Shown here: positions 1 to 9,402 of the stretch, in pieces | How positions within the stretch are numbered: the stretch's first letter is position 1 | How the letters are laid out: the number at the start of each line of letters is the position of its first letter | DNA from: an uncultured Sutterella sp. | Lineage (GTDB): Bacteria > Pseudomonadota > Gammaproteobacteria > Burkholderiales > Burkholderiaceae_F | Reading direction: 5' to 3' | Length of the DNA stretch: 64,000 bases | Assembly: GCA_900545275.1 (NCBI GenBank) | Contig: UQYG01000003.1 | Span: forward strand, 99,032 to 163,031 | Notes under the pieces: model-generated | The model's database searches: none | What the model saw: only the letters and a program-made list of their open reading frames with translations | What the model was told of the DNA's origin: nothing | Program-made: the position numbers and the translations under genes

Positions 1-123
1 CGAATGAACAGATCCGCTATTGATGGCTATAACATTGACTGACCAAACTTGTTTTAGCGAACATCGCCGACTACAACTGTTATGAGGACCCCGCAATTCC
101 TGCGGGGCCCAGATTGTGTCGGA

Positions 124-3100
124 TCAGAACAGGTAGGAGATGCCACCGGAAATTCGATAGCTTGAAGTACGGTGGTTGCCGATTTCCTTGTCCATGTCGA
201 GATGGATGAGTCCCGACTTCCCAAGGCGACCGGAAAAACCTAAACCGACGTCGAACCACGTGCCTTCATTGCGGAAGGTTTCATCCAACGTTCCAGTGAG
301 GTCGGTGGCTTTGATGTTCTGCTTTCCAAGGAACTCGTGCAAAATGTCGGCCTTGAGCCAAAGACTCCAGTCCTTCTTGTCGCCTGCGTCTTTTCCGAAG
401 ACCATGCCCGCGCGGGCAATGAGACTCGTGATGGAATCAAGTTCCACCTTGGTTTCCTGGGATGTCCTGTAGTCTGCATCCGTAACATAGGCGTATTGCA
501 ACTGAGCCTGAGGCTCGATAAACCACCCTTCGCCGTTGGCGAAATTCCTGCCGAATTCTCCGGAGATCGAGAACACGTCGTTCGAGTAATTACCGTTGAC
601 TCTTGTACCGCTCGCCTTCGTCGTGATGTCGAAGTCATTCTTCAAGTGTCCCCACTTGAAGACGAAGTCGGCATAGCTGCCGTCATCTTTGATCCACGTG
701 TCGAAAAGCCAAACTCCCCAACGATCCATTTCACCCGTTCCGTTTAGACCTTGGTAGTCGGCTTCACCGTCCATGTAGTCCACCGCGGCACCTACGCGGT
801 GTTCTCCTTCGTCGACCGCTCGACGGTAGTCATAGCCGAGTTCGACCATCGTGAGCTTGGATCGGAATGCACCAGAGATGCCGGTTCGGTCGTGGCGAGT
901 ACGAATCCACAGTCCGTCGTCGACCCCCGCTTGGAAGCGGGCATCGCCGCGACGTTGGCGCAGAGTGTCCATATGGAAGACAGCATTGGCATAGTTGGCT
1001 CGACTCATATTGAGAATGGCTTCGCCGCCTTCTGAAGTGCCGGAGCTGTGTTCCGCCGTAATCACCCAGTTGGTGCCGTCGGTGAATTTCTGATCGGCGA
1101 AATTTTCGTTGGTTTTCTCTGCGAGTTGGTTGTTGTAGTCGGCGTTTTCCGTGTCGCTGATGTCGTAGTTCTTTTGCTCCACGGTATATTCGGAGTTGTT
1201 GACGCCCAGGTCGACGACGGCAGCTGCCGTAAAGGTTAGGCCGGAAGCTTCTTTTCCAACCGTAGCAAAACGCAGGTCTTCGCCGTTTTGGATTTTCTCT
1301 AGCGTAGCTTCGTCGAGCGGGTTTTCTAGTAGTACCCGCACTTCGCCGGTGCCGGTTTCAACAAACAGCATGTCACTCTTGGCGTGATCCTCATGATTGA
1401 GATTCATGTATACCGTGAGCGGGGCGTTTTCGGTTCGAAGATTCTTCATGAAGATAAAATCCGAATCAAAATCGGTGTCTCCGGCAACGTCGCTTGCGGC
1501 ATTGTGCATGCGGATGATGCTGTTCTCGGAAGAATTGACCGTTGTGACGAAACTGTTGGCCGTGGAATTCCAAACGGCCCCTGACCCCAGGATCAGTTGC
1601 GTACCGGCATTTTCCTGATTTGCGGCGAGAACATCCTTCAGCGCATCATCGGAAACACTGCCCGTAAGCGAGCCCGTACCCAGGTCGAGAGTAATGGCCC
1701 CATAATTCTTGGAATCACTGGTTCGTGAAGTGGAAAGGTTTCCGGTCACGGCGACGGCTCGTTCTGCATCGTTCGAAACGATCTGAATGCGACCTGAGTC
1801 GCTGGCCATCACATCGCCGGTCAACGTGCTCTGATCCCCAGCATAACGAAGAAGGATCGTGCCGCCGTTTGCGTAGCCGGTGGCCTTTTGGGCTTCCAAA
1901 TTTCCGGAAACTTGCAGTTTGCCCTCAAGGTTGACGCGGGAGTTGGTGCCTGTGGCGCGGATGGCGGCCTCGTTGCCTGAAAGTTCGATTTCATCGGCTC
2001 GAACGGAAACCAACGATTCGGTTTGTAGTTTCAGGGCATCGTCCTGAATGGCGGAAATCCCCACCTCTTGACTATTGATAGTTACAAACTGAGCGGCTTG
2101 ATCGTCTGTATTTTCGATTCGGACTTCATGTCCGTTAATCATGCTGATGCCGTATTTGCTGGCGCTGATTTTGCTTGTTGCCGCAAGTAAGAAAATGCCG
2201 CCTTTCTCAAATCGTTCGTGAAACATACCAGGATCAGAGAACGAATAAAGAGTGGTCTCGTTTTTGATCCCCGTTGCAAAACTTTCAATTTCGATCTGCT
2301 GTGCGTTCAGAGTAATGTTGCCGGTTGCGTGTGCTTCCCAGATGCCAGACGTTCCACTCGTGCCTTCTTCGGCTTGCAGGAGAATTCGACGTTGGGCCGT
2401 CAGAGTAACCGTGCTGATGTCTGTGTCATCGTAGAGGGGCTGACTCTCGTCAACGTAGATTGCGTCTGAGGTGACGTTTTTGAAGATGATGTCTTGCTCA
2501 GCACGAATATCTACAGTCGCGCGCGATTGGGCCAACGAAACGGCTCTTTGGAACCCGTCAACCGTAAAATCGTAGGACTTGGCTGTGAAAGACGCTGCAG
2601 AAACAGGGCTTTGAGGGAAAGCTGGTCCGTTGATAAGGATGGCAGAACGTTTTTTGTTCGATTCATTGGTAAGAAGAATGTTCTTGCCCGCCGCAGCTTT
2701 CAATGAGAGATACCCTGCGCCGTCTTCAGTATTAAAGACGATTGCACCCAATTCTCCGGATGAACTGTGCTCCTTCATGAAATTCAGGGTAAAGTCGCCG
2801 TCAAAGGAAAGAGTAGCGTCGATACCTTCATCGTCGGCGGACTGAACGACAAAGCCGAAGCCCGTCAGTATGGCGTTTTCATCGGTGATCTGAACGTCGA
2901 CATTGCCAGTGTAAACACTATGGCGGTAATCAGCGCCGAAAATCAGACCTTGATTGGAGGTCTTGTGGTCTTGTGTTGCCAGCAGTTCTGCCAATGTGGT
3001 GGTTTCGGCTTGTGCTCCGAAAGAAGTTAAAACCAGAACGAGCGCGGTCAGGAGTGCTCGATTACGAAGGTTCCCGCGAATGGTCCTGGGCTGGATGGTA

Positions 3101-3222
3101 TTAAGGTGCGAAGGGGGGGCTATTGTCATTGATGTATTGATAGATAGAGTGAATAGAATTGTAAAATTAAGTGTGCGAGTGGCGAACGAGAATAACATCA
3201 AAAATGGGAAAAACAGATGCAA
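124..3222 (-). CDS. Autotransporter outer-membrane protein (adhesin-like passenger plus C-terminal beta-barrel translocator)
   Basis: 1032 aa ORF with N-terminal signal-like hydrophobic segment, long Ser/Thr/Gly/Asn-rich passenger, and C-terminal approx. 280 aa with alternating hydrophobic beta-strand pattern ending in ...GGISYLF (terminal aromatic), typical of type Va autotransporter beta-domains. Confidence 0.7.
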   Translation of the reverse strand: MHLFFPFLMLFSFATRTLNFTILFTLSINTSMTIAPPSHLNTIQPRTIRGNLRNRALLTALVLVLTSFGAQAETTTLAELLATQDHKTSNQGLIFGADYRHSVYTGNVDVQITDENAILTGFGFVVQSADDEGIDATLSFDGDFTLNFMKEHSSSGELGAIVFNTEDGAGYLSLKAAAGKNILLTNESNKKRSAILINGPAFPQSPVSAASFTAKSYDFTVDGFQRAVSLAQSRATVDIRAEQDIIFKNVTSDAIYVDESQPLYDDTDISTVTLTAQRRILLQAEEGTSGTSGIWEAHATGNITLNAQQIEIESFATGIKNETTLYSFSDPGMFHERFEKGGIFLLAATSKISASKYGISMINGHEVRIENTDDQAAQFVTINSQEVGISAIQDDALKLQTESLVSVRADEIELSGNEAAIRATGTNSRVNLEGKLQVSGNLEAQKATGYANGGTILLRYAGDQSTLTGDVMASDSGRIQIVSNDAERAVAVTGNLSTSRTSDSKNYGAITLDLGTGSLTGSVSDDALKDVLAANQENAGTQLILGSGAVWNSTANSFVTTVNSSENSIIRMHNAASDVAGDTDFDSDFIFMKNLRTENAPLTVYMNLNHEDHAKSDMLFVETGTGEVRVLLENPLDEATLEKIQNGEDLRFATVGKEASGLTFTAAAVVDLGVNNSEYTVEQKNYDISDTENADYNNQLAEKTNENFADQKFTDGTNWVITAEHSSGTSEGGEAILNMSRANYANAVFHMDTLRQRRGDARFQAGVDDGLWIRTRHDRTGISGAFRSKLTMVELGYDYRRAVDEGEHRVGAAVDYMDGEADYQGLNGTGEMDRWGVWLFDTWIKDDGSYADFVFKWGHLKNDFDITTKASGTRVNGNYSNDVFSISGEFGRNFANGEGWFIEPQAQLQYAYVTDADYRTSQETKVELDSITSLIARAGMVFGKDAGDKKDWSLWLKADILHEFLGKQNIKATDLTGTLDETFRNEGTWFDVGLGFSGRLGKSGLIHLDMDKEIGNHRTSSYRISGGISYLF

Positions 3223-3376
3223 AGCGGTTTTGCTTCGTTTTCTGGCGGTTACACGTTAACGTTTGCACCACTCTTCGAGTGATCAGAAGGGGGCATTGTA
3301 TCGGGAGAAGGTGATCTGAATCAAACTCGTTTAGAGGGAATTATCCCTGGCTACCGCCGAGTTTTTTTCAAGTGTT

Positions 3377-4687
3377 TTAGGCCAAGCCTATGGCTTTGAG
3401 ATTCTCCGCAACCGCCGCTTCGACCTGTGCCTTCACCTCCTTGATGGTGGCGCGTTTTGCGCCGAGAGACAACGCCGTCTCGGAAAAACGGAGGGCTGCT
3501 TCGGCCGTTTGACGGACGATTTCCTCAAGCTTCTCGACGGGCGTCGCCATGAGGCGGCTCATGCGCTCAAGCGCGTCGCGCGTGATGCGCCGTCCGTTTC
3601 CTCCAAAGGACGTGGCGTGCTCTCCGTAAGGACCCGGAGCATAGGTGATGTCGAAGGAGGGCGACAATTCCCAACGTCCGCTGTCGTGAAGGAGAAAGCC
3701 GAAATTCTTCCCGTGGTCGTCTTCGTTTCTGAGGAAGTAGGAAAGAACCGCCCTTCGGAAAAGCTCCTCCATTTCCACCTGCGACTGCGTGAGCCGGTAG
3801 GTGAGTCGCATCAGGTCGAAGTAGTCGAAGACGGGTTCCCGGAAGTTGGCGTTCAAAAGTCCTGCGGCTGAGACGTAGTGAACGCGTCCTGCGGACGTCC
3901 GGTCAAAACGCTCCATCCCGAGCCAGTAAGGGACCTTGGGGCGCCCCCTTCCTTGAGGACCTTCAAAGAGTCTCCACGCGGGCGTGCGGATGCCGGCCTT
4001 CTCCGACGCAGCAAGGGCCGCGGCTTCGAAGAGTCCTTCCTCGTGGCCAAGCGGAAAGTCGGAAGCCGTGAATTTGACGAGCCAAGCCGTGGAATTTTCC
4101 TTCGGGACGAGCGAAGCGCGTGAGAAATCATCGCCGAAGAAAAGCTGCGCCTTGGGACGGGAGCCGCCCGCACTCCCGCAGGCCGTGAGTTCGACAAAGA
4201 ACTCGGTCTCCTTCCCTTCGAAAAACGTTTGGGCGGCGGCGCCAAGTTCCGCAAGGGGAAGACATTCCCGTCGTACGGCGGGCATGTCGTCTCCGGGCTC
4301 GTAGGAGAGCGCTCCGGCAGCGCGATTGCCGACAAAGGCGAGGCGGTCGAGCGGTGCGACGGCTTCCCGCGGCACGCCCGTTCTCTGAAATGCCTTGTCC
4401 ATGAGCAGGAGGCCGTAGCCGTCAGGCAGGCTTTCCGCGAGAAAACCGGGCAGTCCGGCAGGACATTTGCCCGGTGTCGGTTGGAGGGATGCGTCGTAGG
4501 GAAGCGTGAGCGGTGAAAGAGAGCCGACCGCTTCTCCGAAGGCCGCGAGGTATTCGCCGTCGTAGCGGAAGACGATGTTGCCGTTGCGATTCTCCGCGTG
4601 CCCGACCGGCACGCGGCGGCCGTCTTCGAAAGTTCGGAAAATCCGCAGATTCTTGTTCATCGCGACGCTCTTCGAAAAAATGGACAT
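3377..4687 (-). CDS. hipA: HipA-like serine/threonine kinase (type II toxin family)
   Basis: 436 aa; N-terminal HipA-N-like region (RIFRTFEDGRRVPVGH..., LSPLTLP) and length typical of HipA; alternative start at internal MNKNLRIF (approx. 4657). Confidence 0.65.
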   Translation of the reverse strand: MSIFSKSVAMNKNLRIFRTFEDGRRVPVGHAENRNGNIVFRYDGEYLAAFGEAVGSLSPLTLPYDASLQPTPGKCPAGLPGFLAESLPDGYGLLLMDKAFQRTGVPREAVAPLDRLAFVGNRAAGALSYEPGDDMPAVRRECLPLAELGAAAQTFFEGKETEFFVELTACGSAGGSRPKAQLFFGDDFSRASLVPKENSTAWLVKFTASDFPLGHEEGLFEAAALAASEKAGIRTPAWRLFEGPQGRGRPKVPYWLGMERFDRTSAGRVHYVSAAGLLNANFREPVFDYFDLMRLTYRLTQSQVEMEELFRRAVLSYFLRNEDDHGKNFGFLLHDSGRWELSPSFDITYAPGPYGEHATSFGGNGRRITRDALERMSRLMATPVEKLEEIVRQTAEAALRFSETALSLGAKRATIKEVKAQVEAAVAENLKAIGLA

Positions 4688-4851
4688 AACGGAAGCGTCT
4701 TCACCCTACATGATGAAAGTCAAACTCTTTCTTTCATGAAAAAAACGGAGGACCGGGAGGACGGGAGACATGGGCGGCATCGCAAAGGATGCCGCCCGGG
4801 TTCGACGCAGGCGGCTTCGGTTTCTCAAAAAGCCGTCCCATGCGCCGGTCA

Positions 4852-5853
4852 TCAGTAGAGAGCGAACATCTCCTTCACCGCGGCGGGGGAATCCGTGCGG
4901 GTGAGAGCAAGCTGCAAAAGAACGCGGGCCTTCCAGGGAAGAAGCGAGCCCGAGGGAATCCAGCCCGCTTCCTGCCAGTGCGCAAGACCCTCGACCGTCA
5001 TGCCGCCGCCGACGCGCGAGGCGCGTACGACGATGACGCCCGCCTGGGAAGCCTCCGTGAGCGCCTCTTCGGTATTCCCGTGCACCGAACCGTTCCCGGT
5101 TCCTGCATGCACGATCCCTCGGGCCCCCGCCGCCACGGCGGCGCGAACGAGCACGCCGTCGTCGTCCGCGTGGGAAACCACGATGTCGACGCGCGGGAGT
5201 TCGTCGGGAAGGTTCGCGACGGAGAACGGCGTATGAAGCGTGTGGGAGCGGGTGGGGGCGCGGTAGAACTCGATGCGCGGTCCCGCGATCATGCCGATCG
5301 CGCCGAAGTCGCGCGAGAAGAAGGTCGCGACGTTCGTGGGATTCGTCTTCGTTCCTTCGCGGGCGTCGAGAATAAGGTCGTTCAAGACGATGAGGACGCC
5401 CTTTTTGTGGGCGGCCGGGGCGGAAGCGACGCGCACGGCGTTGTAGAGATTGAGCGGGCCGTCGGCGGAGAGGGCCGTCGCGGGGCGCATCGCGCCCGTG
5501 AGCACGACGGGCTTCGCGGTGTTGAGAACGAGCGTCAGGAAGTAGGCGGTCTCTTCGAGCGTGTCGGTGCCGTGCGTCACCACGATCCCGTCGATGTCTT
5601 CGCGCGCGGCATAGGCTTCGATCCGTTCTGCCAGAGCGCGCCACACGCCGTAGGTCATGGAGCTTGAGTCGATGTTGGCGACCTGTTCGACTTCGAGTTC
5701 CGTAATCTTTTCAATCCCCGGCACGGCCGCGACGAGATCGGTCACGCGGAAGTTTTCAATGCCGTAGCCCGTCATCTGGTCGGGGCTCTTCCCGGAACTT
5801 ACGATGGTGCCGCCCGTGGCGAGAAGGGCGATGCGGGGTCGTTCGATCGACAT
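4852..5853 (-). CDS. L-asparaginase
   Basis: ORF 4852..6072 contains asparaginase signature IALLATGGTIVS, HGTDTLEETA, GVLIVLND. The likely start is the internal ATG MSIERPRIALL at 5853, preceded by a plausible RBS. No signal peptide seen. Confidence 0.85.
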   Translation of the reverse strand: MSIERPRIALLATGGTIVSSGKSPDQMTGYGIENFRVTDLVAAVPGIEKITELEVEQVANIDSSSMTYGVWRALAERIEAYAAREDIDGIVVTHGTDTLEETAYFLTLVLNTAKPVVLTGAMRPATALSADGPLNLYNAVRVASAPAAHKKGVLIVLNDLILDAREGTKTNPTNVATFFSRDFGAIGMIAGPRIEFYRAPTRSHTLHTPFSVANLPDELPRVDIVVSHADDDGVLVRAAVAAGARGIVHAGTGNGSVHGNTEEALTEASQAGVIVVRASRVGGGMTVEGLAHWQEAGWIPSGSLLPWKARVLLQLALTRTDSPAAVKEMFALY

Positions 5854-6210
5854 GGAGAGAAATCCTTGCAAAAGAAAAAGTGAGAGTGAGGAGTGTAGCG
5901 CGTCGCATCGGTCTCGAGGAGGCCCGGCATGAGCTTCGGACTGTCTCTTCGCGCCAAGTGCGCCGCCCTCCGATTTTGTCCGGAGCAAGGAATCCCGTGC
6001 GGGGCTTTCTGAGCGGCGTTCGGGCGAAGAGCCGTTTGTTGCGGAAACCGCAACGGTGCGGGACGGGAACACTAAGTTCTGCCGCGGCGTCTCCGGCAGG
6101 GAAAAGGCGTTCGACGCCGCCAGAAGGGCGATGAGTGAAAGAAGAGGCGGGGGTGTGCTGCGTCGGGACGGCCCCCGAGACTTCCGGCCCGGAGGACGTC
6201 TCGCTGTCCG

Positions 6211-7404
6211 TCAGGGCCGAAGCAGAAAGTCGAGAGCCATCGCCGCTTCGATCCGAACCCCCGGCATGAAGCAGCCCTCGTCGGGTCGGAAGGCGGGATG
6301 GTGGTTGGCGTAGGGGTAGCCCTCTTGGGCCGTGCCGCCGCCCAGAATGAGGTAGACGGAGGGAACCTTCTCGGCAAAGGCCGAGAAGTCTTCGGATCCG
6401 GTCATCCCGTTTCCGGTCGCGACCTTGTCGGCGGGCATCACTTCTTTTGCGACCCGCAGCGCCCGTCCGATCATGGCGGGATCCTGAATGGTGGCGGCGC
6501 AGCCCCGAACGGCGTCGATCTCCACCTCGGCGCCGTGCACGGCCGCGACGCTTCGCGCGACGGCTTCAATGCGTTGGAAGAGAAAGTTGCGGTCCTCTTC
6601 GCTCTTCGTTCGGAAGTTGACGCCGATTTTGGCCGTGTCGGGAATGACGTTTACGGCGTTTCCCGCCTGAAAAATCGTGGGCGATACCACCGCAAAGCGT
6701 CCGGGCGGGAGGTTGCGCGAGACGATCGTGTGCATCGCAAGAACCATTTCGGCCCCGACCAGAATCGGGTCGATCCCGGCGTGCGGCATCGAGCCGTGCG
6801 TACCGCGGCCGCGGATCGTGACGGTCACTTCGTCGCAGGTGGTCGTGACGGCAGGCGTCGTCGTGACGCGCACGAGCCCGATCGGATCGTTCATGACGTG
6901 CAGGCCCACGCAGGCGTCGACGCCGTCGAGGACGCCCGCCCTGACCATTTCCGCGGCGCCCCCGGGCGCGAGTTCTTCGGCGTGCTGAAAGAAAAATTTC
7001 ACGGTGCCGGGGATTTCGTCCTTGAGCGAGAGAAGGAGTTTCGCCGTTCCGAGAAGCATCGCCGCATGGGCGTCGTGCCCGCAGACGTGCGAGATGCCCG
7101 GAACGACGGAGCGGCATGCAAGTCCCTCGGCCTCTTCCACGGGGAGCGCGTCGATGTCGGCGCGAAGCGCGATCGTGCGCCCCGGCCCCTTGCCTCCGCA
7201 GAGCGTCGCGACGCGGCTCGTGGGCGTGGGGCTCACGACGTCGTCGTAGCCCATGGCGCGCAGCTCCGCCTCGATGTAGGCGGCGGTTTCGTGCTCTTCG
7301 AAACTCAGCTCCGGATGGCGGTGAATGTGGCGGCGCCAGGCGAGGACGTCTTGACGGAGCTCTTCGGTGAGAAGGGGCTCGATGAGTGCGTTGAGGTCGG
7401 ACAC
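6211..7404 (-). CDS. M20 family amidohydrolase / peptidase (hippurate hydrolase-like)
   Basis: 397 aa; motifs ALRADIDALP, HVCGHDAH, FFFQHAEE typical of M20D amidohydrolases. Confidence 0.8.
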   Translation of the reverse strand: MSDLNALIEPLLTEELRQDVLAWRRHIHRHPELSFEEHETAAYIEAELRAMGYDDVVSPTPTSRVATLCGGKGPGRTIALRADIDALPVEEAEGLACRSVVPGISHVCGHDAHAAMLLGTAKLLLSLKDEIPGTVKFFFQHAEELAPGGAAEMVRAGVLDGVDACVGLHVMNDPIGLVRVTTTPAVTTTCDEVTVTIRGRGTHGSMPHAGIDPILVGAEMVLAMHTIVSRNLPPGRFAVVSPTIFQAGNAVNVIPDTAKIGVNFRTKSEEDRNFLFQRIEAVARSVAAVHGAEVEIDAVRGCAATIQDPAMIGRALRVAKEVMPADKVATGNGMTGSEDFSAFAEKVPSVYLILGGGTAQEGYPYANHHPAFRPDEGCFMPGVRIEAAMALDFLLRP

Positions 7405-7806
7405 GGTTTTCCTCCTTTTTCATGGGTGTGCGTGACGGGAAAGCCTATCCGAGAACCCTCCGTTTCGGCATGAGGAAGCGCGGAAAAACGCGGGTTTCTT
7501 CCCGCAGGGCAAACGGGATCGGGCGGATTCCCTAGCGTGTCGGAAAATGGTCGACCATTGGCGGCCAAAAGAAGGCAAACGGTTGAAAAAGGTCTGCCAA
7601 AATCGACGGTTGGGAGGTTTTGCCCAAGGCGCGCGAAGCTCGCGCAAAGAACCTTCAAATCGTTGTGCGGGAAGACGACGGAAAGGAAAAAAGCGGTGTA
7701 GATTCATCCTCACGACATCGCAAAACGAGGTTCTTCCAAAAGATCGGAGACTTCCGAAGCGAAAGACCAAACCCCTCGACAGACAGACCCCAGGAAGGAA
7801 AACGCC

Positions 7807-8589
7807 ATGCTGAAATTCGGACTCAAATCCAAGTGCTTCGCCCTCTTTGCCGCCGCCCTGATGGCGGGCGGCGTTTCCGCGGCCGAGAAGATCCGCGTCG
7901 CCAGTGAAGGGACCTTCGCGCCCTTCGAATTCATGAATTCGAAGACGGGCCAGCTCGAAGGCTTTGAAATCGACCTCGTCAAGGCGCTCTGCGCGAAGAT
8001 GGGGAAGGAACCCGAAATCACGATGTACAAGTTCGACGGGATTCTCCCGGCGGTCCTCTCGAACGCCGTCGACTTCGCGGCGGCGGGTTTCGCGATCACG
8101 GAGGAACGCAAGAAGAAGGTGCTCTTCACCGATCCCTTCTACATGTCCGGTATCACCGTGATTCTTCCGGCCAACAGCGACCTCAAGGTTGAAAAGTTCG
8201 AAGACCTCAAGGGCAAGAGCATTTCGGTGCAGATGGGTTCGATCAGCCACGACAAGGCCAAGACCATTCCCGACGCCAAGATCACGACCTTTGACCAGAG
8301 TCCCGACGCGATTCTCAACATGATCCAGGGCGGAAGCGACGCGGCGATCAATTCGCTCGCCTCGACCGACTACATGATCGCGACCCGCCCGGCGCTCGCC
8401 AAGCAGGTGAAGCGCCTCGACGTCGAACAAGGCAGCTACATGGCGATGGTCGTGCCCAAGAACCACCCCGAAACGCGCGACGCCCTCAACAAGGCGCTTG
8501 CCGAGATCATGGCCGACGGCACCTACGACAAGATCCACGAGAAGTGGTTCGGACGGCCCGCCACCTGGAACAAGAAGCCCGCCAAGTAA
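7807..8589 (+). CDS. Amino-acid ABC transporter periplasmic substrate-binding protein (PBP type 3)
   Basis: 260 aa with signal peptide (AALMAGGVSAAE) and polar amino acid SBP motifs (GTFAPFEF, GFEIDL, FTDPFY). Confidence 0.85.
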   Translation: MLKFGLKSKCFALFAAALMAGGVSAAEKIRVASEGTFAPFEFMNSKTGQLEGFEIDLVKALCAKMGKEPEITMYKFDGILPAVLSNAVDFAAAGFAITEERKKKVLFTDPFYMSGITVILPANSDLKVEKFEDLKGKSISVQMGSISHDKAKTIPDAKITTFDQSPDAILNMIQGGSDAAINSLASTDYMIATRPALAKQVKRLDVEQGSYMAMVVPKNHPETRDALNKALAEIMADGTYDKIHEKWFGRPATWNKKPAK

Positions 8590-8620
8590 AGGGCTTGGGA
8601 AAGCGGAGTTGCCGCAAACG

Positions 8621-8662
8621 AGGAGAAAGAGAATGAGAGCCTTTCTCCTCGTTATTATTGTC
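8621..8662 (+). terminator. Rho-independent terminator after SBP gene
   Basis: Inverted repeat gaggagaaag...ctttctcctc followed by T-rich tract gttattattg. Confidence 0.5.
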
Positions 8663-8939
8663 TGAAAGAAAAAACTCGACCTTCAGTGCGTCAGGGAGAG
8701 ACGCGTGCCCGCTCATTTTCTGGCGGCGGCGCAAGGCTCCGTAGGGAAAAACGGGACGAGGAGGAGGAAGTTTCGGTCGAAACCGGCGGGTACGCTGCGC
8801 CGACGTCGCCAAAGGACCAAGCGGAAAAAGACTCTTTTCCGGCACGCCGATGAAAAGAAAGCGTAAAATATCGAGAGAATAATTCTCGTTACGGACGAAG
8901 GCGTCCGAACGCAACCGAAATCACGGAAGGGACGAAAAA

Positions 8940-9248
8940 ATGAACGAAACGACCAAGTACGGACTTTTCTTTGCAGGCGGCGTGATCGTGGGCGCGCTCG
9001 GCGCCGTGGCGCTCACGCGCGGGAAGCTTGACGTCAAGCCCCTCGCGACGAATCTGTTGAGTTCCGGCATGGATCTTCGCGACAAGATCATGGCGGGCGT
9101 CGAAGGCGTCAAGGAGGATTTGGCCGACGTCGTCGCCGAAGCCGAAGTGAAGGCGCAGGAACGCAAGCTCGAAAAGGAAGCAAAGGAAGCCGCCGCTGCC
9201 GAAACGCCGGCCGATCCCGCGCAGGAATGCAAGCCCGCCGCGGCCTGA
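8940..9248 (+). CDS. Small hypothetical membrane protein (N-terminal TM helix, charged coiled C-terminus)
   Basis: 102 aa ORF; hydrophobic segment GLFFAGGVIVGALGAVAL then Lys/Glu/Ala-rich tail; sits immediately upstream of P-type ATPase on same strand. Confidence 0.4.
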   Translation: MNETTKYGLFFAGGVIVGALGAVALTRGKLDVKPLATNLLSSGMDLRDKIMAGVEGVKEDLADVVAEAEVKAQERKLEKEAKEAAAAETPADPAQECKPAAA

Positions 9249-9402
9249 GGCCGCGTCGTTTTCGCGTGAATCTCTTTTGGGGCGAGGTGAAGGCCGCGCC
9301 CCGAAACGCGTTTGTCTTCCGGCCTTGTCCGAAGAAGAGGCGGGAACCGCAGGTTCTTCGTTTCTTCGGATTCGCGCTGAAATTACTTTCTAGAGGCCCC
9401 TC

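Noticed and set aside
4706-5667. 312 aa minus and 292 aa plus ORFs overlapping the asparaginase gene
   Set aside because: Alternative frames of a confidently identified gene; extreme Arg content.
7420-8538. 372 aa minus-strand ORF
   Set aside because: Antisense to the SBP gene; no motifs; Arg/Gly-rich.
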